64,000 nucleotides of DNA from Minisyncoccota bacterium (lineage in GTDB: Bacteria; Patescibacteriota; Minisyncoccia; Phycocordibacterales; Phycocordibacteraceae). Where the stretch lies: positions 113,067-177,066 of the forward strand of contig JAQVIY010000001.1 of assembly GCA_028695415.1 (NCBI GenBank), given 5' to 3'. Shown here one piece after another: positions 56,960 to 64,000 of the stretch (position 1 is the first letter of the stretch; every line of letters starts with the position of its first letter). The notes beneath the pieces were generated by a model that saw only the letters and a list, made by a program, of their open reading frames with translations, had not been told where the DNA came from and made no database searches. Both the position numbers and the translations under genes were made by a program.

Positions 56960-58414
56960 TTAGGATTCTATTTCCTCGATATTCTGCACCACATACTGCT
57001 TATTCTTCTCGATTGTCTCCGCTATTTTCTTCAGCGCAGACTTCATGTCTCGTGCCTCTAGGTCGGTTATAGCATCGCCATTATACTTCACTAAGAGGCT
57101 GTCTACCTCTTTTTTTATTATACCAAATGCCGTCTGGATGTCGCGCTGGGCAACCACGATCCGGCGGCGGCGTTGTTCTCGCTCCTTTTTGCCGATATAC
57201 CAGCCGAACGCGCCTCCTGCGAGGAGCGCAAGAATAAGGCTTATAAAGAATGAGGTTCGAGTGATGCCGACACCCGCGATAGTGATGAGCGGTATCTCAG
57301 AAATATCGAGTATTACTCGGCTCTCGGCTGTATTTCCCGCCCTATCAACCGCTTGTACGACGAGGCTATGTTTCCCCGCCTGCTGCGGAGGAAGCGTGTA
57401 TTTCGCGAGCATCGTGGTAGTCGAGAGCGTCCCGTCGAGCATAATCTTGTAATCGAGAATACCGGAAGGCTGATCATTGGTTCCGAACGCGATGGTCGGA
57501 GCGACATTTGCGGTCGTAAGTCCGTCGGGCGATGTCACGGTAAAACTAAGCGGCGGCGCGCTATCAATGCCGATGCGGTAATGCACGGTAGGGCCCCAGC
57601 CGACAGAATCTTTGAAGCGCACGTGCAGGTACCATATGCCGTCGGTAAGCGGACTGAACGTCTTATTATTGAAAAGCCCTTCAGAGGCAGTTGGGTCAAA
57701 CGTCGGCTGTTGATTGACCGCCGTAGCCACGTCGGTCACCTCTCGCGGCAAATCCCACTGAACGATGAACTTGGTAACGTCCGCATACCATGCGGACGAG
57801 TCGGGATAGAGCGGCACCGTGAGCACTGGTTTCGTCGGAAGACCCGTTGCGGTTACCGCCGTTCGAGTTATCTGAGATGGTGCGATAACTGCGGCGGTTT
57901 GCGAAGCGCTGCTCGTAAGCTGGAGACCGTTCATCGCCGTCAAAACGTTCGTACCGCTCCCATCACTTGCCGTCACCGCACCATCAGAGAAAATGATGCT
58001 GACCGCACCAGTACCCTTTACTTTGAAGGCTATACGGAGCACTTCGAGCGCCTTGCCGGATATGCCGCTTTGGCTCCCGCCGATAAAGGTCACCTGCCCC
58101 GCGTCATTTGAGAATGACGGCCCTTGAAGCCAGAAATCAAATGCCGACGTGCTTTTATCAAGACTGGTCACCTGCACGGTGTCTTTAGGGAACGTAATCG
58201 TCGCTTGCGCGGCGTTCACACCGACATCGGTGCTATCTATCTTTACATCTACCGTGAACGTATTCCCGACCGAGAACGTCTCTTTATCGGCAGTGAGGTT
58301 ATATGATGCGGCGCGCGCGGAGTACGGCGCGCCAAATACGAAGAAGAGCATCGCTATGCTTGAAAGCACTACGGCACGCTTCGTTACTGTCATTCTTGAA
58401 GTATACACCGTCAT
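56960..58414 (-). CDS. Cohesin-domain, Ig-like, membrane-anchored protein with cytoplasmic tail
   Basis: Signal peptide; VG.TFTVDV.IDS...NAAQA.I.F...W...P..SN..G.V.F.GG...I.FK (cohesin-like); QAVDRAGN Ig strand; C-terminal TM followed by about 70 helical residues. Confidence 0.78.
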   Translation of the reverse strand: MTVYTSRMTVTKRAVVLSSIAMLFFVFGAPYSARAASYNLTADKETFSVGNTFTVDVKIDSTDVGVNAAQATITFPKDTVQVTSLDKSTSAFDFWLQGPSFSNDAGQVTFIGGSQSGISGKALEVLRIAFKVKGTGAVSIIFSDGAVTASDGSGTNVLTAMNGLQLTSSASQTAAVIAPSQITRTAVTATGLPTKPVLTVPLYPDSSAWYADVTKFIVQWDLPREVTDVATAVNQQPTFDPTASEGLFNNKTFSPLTDGIWYLHVRFKDSVGWGPTVHYRIGIDSAPPLSFTVTSPDGLTTANVAPTIAFGTNDQPSGILDYKIMLDGTLSTTTMLAKYTLPPQQAGKHSLVVQAVDRAGNTAESRVILDISEIPLITIAGVGITRTSFFISLILALLAGGAFGWYIGKKEREQRRRRIVVAQRDIQTAFGIIKKEVDSLLVKYNGDAITDLEARDMKSALKKIAETIEKNKQYVVQNIEEIES

Positions 58415-58422
58415 ACCTGCAA

Positions 58423-61400
58423 TTATTTCTTCAAGGTGCGGACAAAGATGCTCAAGTCAGTGACATCGACTTTCCCGTCGCCGTTCAGATCATCGAGAAG
58501 TTGTGTCGCCTTGTTCGAGGAACTCCAGCGGGAAAGGAAGATGCTCCAGTCCTGCACATTTATCACGCCGTCCTGATTGAAGTCGGTCTGAGGAGTGAAG
58601 AGTGTCGTCACGGTGAACACTTTCTGAGGCGCAAAGTCGCTCGCTACACCGGAGGGCGAGGTCTGGCGAACCCGCACGGTGTGGCTGCCGAGCGAGAGAG
58701 AGCCGGTCGGATAAAGGATCTTATACGCGCCATCGGCGTCTGCCTTGGCCGTGACGGAGACTGCTTTGCCGTCAACCTGGGCGCTCACAGTGTATCCCGG
58801 CACCGCCATACCAATAAACCCGACGGTATCATTTTGTCGAACGGTCGGCCGAACGAGACCGAGGGTCGGCGAGAGCGCGGTATCAAGCGCAAGGAGCGCA
58901 TTGCTGCTCGTGTAATTAGCATTGAACGCCTTTATCTGGGTCGTGCGCCCGAGATCGTCAACACCGACAATGCCATAGGAACCAATCCCGACCGTAATTC
59001 CTTTCAGGAGGATTGAGAACGAACCGTTTGCTCGCGCCGTCGCTTGTCCTGCGAGAGTCGCTCCCGCCGGTGACACGGCGAGCACCTGCACACTCGCGTT
59101 CGGGAACGCTCGTCCGGAGATCTGTACGCCGGTTATCGCCGGTACCGGTTCAAGACCCGTACCGCCGCCGCTCACGCCCGTCACCGGTACAACCGGTATA
59201 GCTGAGAACAGCAGGCTCTGTGTCGAGGAAACATCGAGGCCGGTGGACTGCGTATCGGAGAGCGAGAGCGTTACCGTCTCAGCGACAGTATCGGAAAGCG
59301 AGATTGTCCCGACGCCGTTTGTCATCGTCACGAGCCCGGCCCCCGTAGCAGAGCCGTCCGTGCGAAGTGTCACGCCCGATACGATTGTCGTGTCGACATT
59401 TCCGTTCTCGTCTTGCGCTTCAACAGTTACGATAGCGGGTGTCCCTACTTGCACCGATGCGGGAGGAAGGATGACGAGCCGCGTCGCGACTATCGGTATC
59501 GCACTCACGGTCACCGAATCAACTGCGTCTTGAACGCCCGCACTGTCAGGAGCTGATGCGTTGTCGGACGCGGTGATGAGCCACGTGCCGGGGGTCTCGT
59601 CATAATACCAGAACGTACCCGAGGAACTGCCGTCGTTGATGGTCGCAAAGGTCGTCGGAGCTCCACCTACCGCGACCGCATAAAAGGCGGTCGTCGTTCC
59701 GGTTGAAGACGAATAAAAGTAGGCGAGCGTTACCCCCGTCGTCACGAGGTTGTTGTATTGGTCTTCGCGAGTCACGGTGTATCCGAGCCGCGTGCCTGCG
59801 GTCATATTACCCGGGTCGTTGAGGAGGAACTTCGCGACAGTTGCCGGCTGTACGGCGATAGCGTCGCTTGCATCAGCGATACCGCTTGCGTCGGGCGCTG
59901 TCGCGTTGTCAGAAACCGTAATGAACCAATTCCCTGCTTTTTCGTCGTATGCCCAGAAAGCTCCTGAAGAATTTCCATTCGAGATAACGAGCGAGGTGAT
60001 AGCGCTCCCTCCTGACGCGGAATCATAGAACTTTTTATTCACGCCGGTCGAAGAGCTGTAGAGATACGCATCCGTTGCACCCGTCGTCACCAGATTTCCG
60101 TATTGATCTTTACGGGTGACCGTATATCCGATGCGCACGCCCGCCGCCGAATCCCCCGGGTTATCGAGCGAGAACTGTGCGACGGCCCCCGGAGCAAAGG
60201 TGAGCGGCTGTGTCGAAGAGACATCGAGACCGGTACCTTGCGAATCGGCAAGAGAGAGTGTTCGCGTTCCCGCATGCGTATCGGAGAGCGGGAGCGTACC
60301 GACGCCGTTTACGATATTCACGAGTCCGGTGCCAGTTACGGTACCCGTCGCGGAAAGCGTCACATCGCTCTCATACGAGGTGTCGACATTACCGCTTCCA
60401 TCCTGCGCCTGCACCGTGACCGTTATCGGTGCGTCTACCGTCCCGTTTACAGGCGGGAGGATAACGAACCGCGTCGCAACTATCGGGGCCGCGTTTACTG
60501 CAACAGCGTCAGAAGCATCTGCGACACCCGTTGCCCCATCGGCAGTCGGCGTTGCATCAGAGACGGTCACGTTCCAGGTTCCTAGATTCGGATCCTCGTA
60601 CCAGAACGACGCGGACGATGCGCTATCGGGTATCGCAAGCGAGGTGATGCTGTTTCCGAGAGAAGCGGCATCATAAAACGCCGGGGAGCTCGTCCCGACG
60701 GAATTGCTGTAGAGATACACGTTTGTGCTGCCGCTTGTCGCGAGATTATTGAACTGGTCCTTGCGCGTCACGGTGTACCCAATCCGCGTGTCGACAGTCA
60801 TATCGCCAGGGTCATTGAGGGAGAGTGCAGCCGTCGGTCCCGCGACGACTCCAAGCGTTTGTACGGCATCATTGACGCCTGTAGTGCCGTCAGGCGCAGA
60901 CGCGTTGTCCGAAGCGGTAATACTCCAGCTCCCTGGAAGAGTGTCGTAATACCAGACACTCGCGCTCGACTGACCGGCAACTATCTGTACTGAAGATATG
61001 ACCGCACCGCCTGTCGCGGCGTCATAGAACTTCTTACTGCTTCCTGTCGAAGAACTATAGAGATATACCGTGCTGGTCGCAGACGAGCTTACATTGCCGT
61101 ACTGATCCTTGCGCGTCACGGTGTACGCCGCTCGTTCTCCCGCAATCAGCGTCGAGGGATTAGAAAGAGAGAACTGTGCAAGAACTCCTCCTGTGAAAGC
61201 GAGCGACTGTGTCGAAGATACATCGAGTCCGGTACTCTCTGAATCAGAGAGTGAGAGCGCCGCCGTCTCAGCAACCGTGTCTGAGATGGCGAGCGTGCCG
61301 ACGCCGTTTATGATATCTACGAGTCCGCCGCCGGTGGCAGAGCCGGTCGTCGCGAGCGTCACGTCGCTTTGATAATTAGTATCGACGCTGGTATCGGGTT

Positions 61401-63084
61401 TCTGCGCCTGCACCGTGACCGTTATCGGTGCGTCTACGGTCCCGCTTGTAGGAGGCAGGATGACGAACTTCGTCGCAACCGGCATCACCGTGACCGCATC
61501 AGTTGCGTCAGTGATGCCGGTAGCCCCGTCAGCGACCGGTGTCGCATCGGAAGCGGTGATGGTATATGAGCCCGGCGTCTCGTCGTAGTACCAGACGTTC
61601 GCCGTCGAATGTCCCGAACCTATCGCGATAGAGGTGATGACGGAACCTGCGAGAGAATCGTCATAAAACTTCTGCGTCCCTCCCGTCGAAGTGGTATAGA
61701 GGTAGACGGTCGTCGTCCCTGTGCCGACGGCATTCCCATACGAATCAAACCGGCTCACGGTATAGCCGAGTCGCGTTTTCGCGTACATGTCACCTGGGTT
61801 AGTAAGGGTAAGCGAAGCAACGGCTCCCGTGGCGACTACGAACGACTGGTCGACATTTGAGGCAGCAGTATAGTTGCTGTCCCCCGCTTGTGAGGCACGA
61901 ATGGTACAGGTGCCGATTGAGACAAGGTGCACGGTTGCCGTACTCACCGTACAGACACCGGCCGTAAGCGATGAGAATGAGACCGCGAGGCCGGAAGATG
62001 CGGTCGCGCTTACCGCGAAGTCAGCCTCGCCGAGCGTCTTGTTCGGGAGCGGGTTGAAGGTGATCGTCTGACTCGCAGGATTGATCGTGAATGTGCCGGC
62101 AGAAGCGGCAGTCAAGCTCGTATAGCTTGTCGTATCCGTCGGGACGAAGTTTGCAGTAACCGCATAGGAGCCGCCATTCGTTTGTGTTGCAGCACCACCC
62201 GTAAGCACAGTGTTCGCTGCTCCCGGAACGGATCCGGTAACCGTAGCCGCCTGAGCGGATCCGGTATAGGTGACGGGCGAATTGGTAACCGAGAGTGTGG
62301 GGGTCGCGCGCGTATCGTTCGTCACGCTGAGCTTGCCGGTTGTCGCCGCAAAGTACGTATTATTTTTATAGGTTGCCGTAGAGCTGGTGGAGCCCCAAGT
62401 GCCGTTGATTCTGCCGAGCCCGCCGAGCGTGAGATTAGCGACCGTGAGAGTAGTCCCCGCACCGATACTCGCTGTCGGTGTCCCGGTAGACGCGACACTG
62501 AGCGTGCCTCCGATTGAAATGCCCGACGCCATGGACTTTGTTCCGCTCCCGGAAAGCGTCACGTTGTTGTAAGTGAATACACCAAGCGTTTGATTGCCGG
62601 ACGCTGAATAGCTTGCGGTGCTGCCTGAGTTATACGCCCAATTGGCGATGCCCGTGGTCGCGGCAGTTGTGCTGAAATTGATAACGCCTCCATTATTGAC
62701 CTGCACGGTAGGACTATTCCCTGCGCCATTCTTGTTAAGACCATTGCTAACGGTTATTCGGAATGTTCCATTGACTACCATTCCGGGGTTCAGATTGTTT
62801 TTGATACCGAAGACCTTTCCTCCGTCCGTGAGTGTTCCGCCGCTGTTTATGGTGACAACGCCGGACTGGTTGAGGTTCGCACTCAGGCTCACCGTATCGC
62901 CAGACGCGATGATAACTGTGTCACTTGTCGCCGGCACGACACCGCCCGCCCATGTAGAGCCAACACTCCAGATACCACCACCGGTCCCGTTGCTTGTTCT
63001 TGTCGCGGCGAATGCCGTATTGGCTCCACTCAAAACGAACAACACTGCACTCACTATCACAACACGTCGGCAGATGGTACTCAT
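58423..63084 (-). CDS. Giant secreted surface protein with tandem Ig-like repeats and C-terminal dockerin
   Basis: Signal peptide (ends ANTAFA); W...W.GGVVP...D.V.I head; MBG/Ig-like domains; internal repeats; two Ca-loops DFNQDGVINVQD and DLNGDGKVDVTD. Confidence 0.85.
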   Translation of the reverse strand: MSTICRRVVIVSAVLFVLSGANTAFAATRTSNGTGGGIWSVGSTWAGGVVPATSDTVIIASGDTVSLSANLNQSGVVTINSGGTLTDGGKVFGIKNNLNPGMVVNGTFRITVSNGLNKNGAGNSPTVQVNNGGVINFSTTAATTGIANWAYNSGSTASYSASGNQTLGVFTYNNVTLSGSGTKSMASGISIGGTLSVASTGTPTASIGAGTTLTVANLTLGGLGRINGTWGSTSSTATYKNNTYFAATTGKLSVTNDTRATPTLSVTNSPVTYTGSAQAATVTGSVPGAANTVLTGGAATQTNGGSYAVTANFVPTDTTSYTSLTAASAGTFTINPASQTITFNPLPNKTLGEADFAVSATASSGLAVSFSSLTAGVCTVSTATVHLVSIGTCTIRASQAGDSNYTAASNVDQSFVVATGAVASLTLTNPGDMYAKTRLGYTVSRFDSYGNAVGTGTTTVYLYTTSTGGTQKFYDDSLAGSVITSIAIGSGHSTANVWYYDETPGSYTITASDATPVADGATGITDATDAVTVMPVATKFVILPPTSGTVDAPITVTVQAQKPDTSVDTNYQSDVTLATTGSATGGGLVDIINGVGTLAISDTVAETAALSLSDSESTGLDVSSTQSLAFTGGVLAQFSLSNPSTLIAGERAAYTVTRKDQYGNVSSSATSTVYLYSSSTGSSKKFYDAATGGAVISSVQIVAGQSSASVWYYDTLPGSWSITASDNASAPDGTTGVNDAVQTLGVVAGPTAALSLNDPGDMTVDTRIGYTVTRKDQFNNLATSGSTNVYLYSNSVGTSSPAFYDAASLGNSITSLAIPDSASSASFWYEDPNLGTWNVTVSDATPTADGATGVADASDAVAVNAAPIVATRFVILPPVNGTVDAPITVTVQAQDGSGNVDTSYESDVTLSATGTVTGTGLVNIVNGVGTLPLSDTHAGTRTLSLADSQGTGLDVSSTQPLTFAPGAVAQFSLDNPGDSAAGVRIGYTVTRKDQYGNLVTTGATDAYLYSSSTGVNKKFYDSASGGSAITSLVISNGNSSGAFWAYDEKAGNWFITVSDNATAPDASGIADASDAIAVQPATVAKFLLNDPGNMTAGTRLGYTVTREDQYNNLVTTGVTLAYFYSSSTGTTTAFYAVAVGGAPTTFATINDGSSSGTFWYYDETPGTWLITASDNASAPDSAGVQDAVDSVTVSAIPIVATRLVILPPASVQVGTPAIVTVEAQDENGNVDTTIVSGVTLRTDGSATGAGLVTMTNGVGTISLSDTVAETVTLSLSDTQSTGLDVSSTQSLLFSAIPVVPVTGVSGGGTGLEPVPAITGVQISGRAFPNASVQVLAVSPAGATLAGQATARANGSFSILLKGITVGIGSYGIVGVDDLGRTTQIKAFNANYTSSNALLALDTALSPTLGLVRPTVRQNDTVGFIGMAVPGYTVSAQVDGKAVSVTAKADADGAYKILYPTGSLSLGSHTVRVRQTSPSGVASDFAPQKVFTVTTLFTPQTDFNQDGVINVQDWSIFLSRWSSSNKATQLLDDLNGDGKVDVTDLSIFVRTLKK
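59200..61830 (-). repeat. Internal domain repeats in order A-B-A-A-B-A-A-B
   Basis: A: NPG...R.GYTV.R.DQY.N...WYYD..PG.W; B: AT.FVILPP...TGLDVSSTQ. A 36-nt exact repeat at 60403 and 61402 (999 nt apart). Confidence 0.85.
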
Positions 63085-63233
63085 AAAGTGAATATAAAGA
63101 TTAGTATCTCTATACAATATATAGTATGTATCGCACGGTTATACGCTCTCTCAGTGTTCGTGTGTGGATAGGGATGTTATAAACGCGCTCCTAATAGCGC
63201 AACGAGAGAAGAGATGGTATAAAATACAAACAA

Positions 63234-63305
63234 GGCCTCATCGTCTAACGGCTAGGACAGATCCCTCTCACGGATCAAATCGGGGTTCGATTCCCCGTGA
63301 GGTCA
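63234..63305 (+). tRNA. tRNA-Glu (CTC)
   Basis: Acceptor GGCCTCA/TGAGGTC; anticodon arm GATCC-CTCTCAC-GGATC; GGTTCGATTCC; followed by CAA rather than CCA. Confidence 0.93.
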
Positions 63306-63498
63306 CAAGCGGCCAGCCGAGAAGCGTAAGCTTCTCGGCTGTTGCCGTCTTGTAGACCTCACGGGGAATCGAAGGCGAGCGCGAGTGGCCGGCTCAGCAG
63401 AGCCGGTCGCGCGAGCGTGGTCAGGCGGAGCGAGGAGTGACGACGACGAAGCGAGCGCTTGACCGAAACCGTAATCGGGGTTCCCCGTGAGGTCACCA
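63306..63498 (+). mobile_element. tRNA-3'-associated palindromic element with inverted and direct tRNA fragments
   Basis: Antisense tRNA copy at 63355-73; sense copy ending in CCA at 63473-98; internal hairpins. Confidence 0.55.
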
Positions 63499-63499
63499 G

Positions 63500-63529
63500 A
63501 GCAAAAACCGCCCTCGGGCGGTTTTTGCT
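63500..63529. terminator. Bidirectional terminator
   Basis: AGCAAAAACCGCCC-TC-GGGCGGTTTTTGCT. Confidence 0.85.
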
Positions 63530-63566
63530 TTATAAATCCTCTGTTTCTCGTCTCGGGTAATCGAGA

Positions 63567-64000
63567 TTATGCCTTCTGCTTCCACTTGTGTTCCTGTCGA
63601 ACGAGACGATTAGCATCGGCCGGGTCAGCGAGAAGCGCCTCGACAATGCGTTCAGTACGCATCGACTGGGAGCCCTTTACGAGAAGTACGTCCCCTGCCT
63701 GGACGAAATCAACAAGCGCGGCGGCGGCGGCATATGCGGTATCAAATTGCATCACTTCCGTATCCCGTGCCGCCGATGCAAACGCACGGGCGCGAATGCC
63801 AACCGTGATAATAACATCGGCAGACTTTTCCGCGAGCGCGCCGATGCGTTCATGCTCTGCTACTGAGTAACGCCCAAGCTCAAGCATATCGCCGAGAACA
63901 GCGATGCGACGCTTCACGTGCGGCAATGCTTTGAGCGTCTTCAAAGCCTCTTCGACCGCTGCGGGTGATGCATTGTAAGAATCATCAATAATGACTGAAT
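63567..64000 (-). CDS. murF: UDP-MurNAc-tripeptide--D-Ala-D-Ala ligase, C-terminal part
   Basis: IDDSYNASP, AVLGDMLELG, LLVKGSQ; runs off the window end. Confidence 0.93.
   Translation of the reverse strand, partial: SVIIDDSYNASPAAVEEALKTLKALPHVKRRIAVLGDMLELGRYSVAEHERIGALAEKSADVIITVGIRARAFASAARDTEVMQFDTAYAAAAALVDFVQAGDVLLVKGSQSMRTERIVEALLADPADANRLVRQEHKWKQKA

Noticed and set aside
51047-63305. Signalling/adhesin locus as a tRNA-integrated genomic island
   Set aside because: It lies 5' of the tRNA, there is no integrase, and no tRNA fragment was seen at the far boundary.
1-64000. Alternative genetic code (TGA=Gly)
   Set aside because: Genes end normally at TGA and conserved proteins are full length under code 11.

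Overview
Core chromosome of a Patescibacteria/CPR bacterium, most likely Parcubacteria (Kaiserbacteria-like). This assignment is inferred from the truncated AlaS, archaeal-type AspRS, single-domain response regulators and scarcity of biosynthetic genes. Standard genetic code, moderately high GC. Housekeeping content: ung, alaS, infA-rpmJ-rpsM-rpsK-rpsD-rpoA-rplQ-rplM-rpsI, grpE-dnaK-dnaJ, tyrS/tRNA-Tyr, pyrD, trpS, aspS, scpAB, dac-mraY-ftsW-murG-gltX, rpmA, rplI, cysS, dnaB, recR, a DEAD-box helicase, rplU, rmuC, tRNA-Glu and murF. Main unusual observations: (1) a 12-kb minus-strand locus (51.0-63.1 kb) with a giant secreted repeat protein ending in a dockerin, next to a membrane-anchored cohesin protein with a cytoplasmic tail, followed by two single-domain receivers, an output-less MEDS-PAS protein, a membrane protein and a histidine kinase; (2) small palindromic elements inserted in frame in housekeeping genes (two 48-bp copies in ung with a compensatory base pair, others in infA and dnaK), with related motifs in the scpA-scpB spacer and in an element at the tRNA-Glu 3' end; (3) widespread apparently leaderless genes, including a perfectly symmetric bidirectional -10 box; (4) a low-GC ImmA/IrrE plus 2-TM gene pair, a free-standing LAGLIDADG gene, a mosaic duplicated coiled-coil gene flanking an ABC exporter, and several unannotated small membrane peptides. 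No CRISPR array, rRNA, integrase or transposase was seen. All calls come from motif recognition by eye; no database searches were run.
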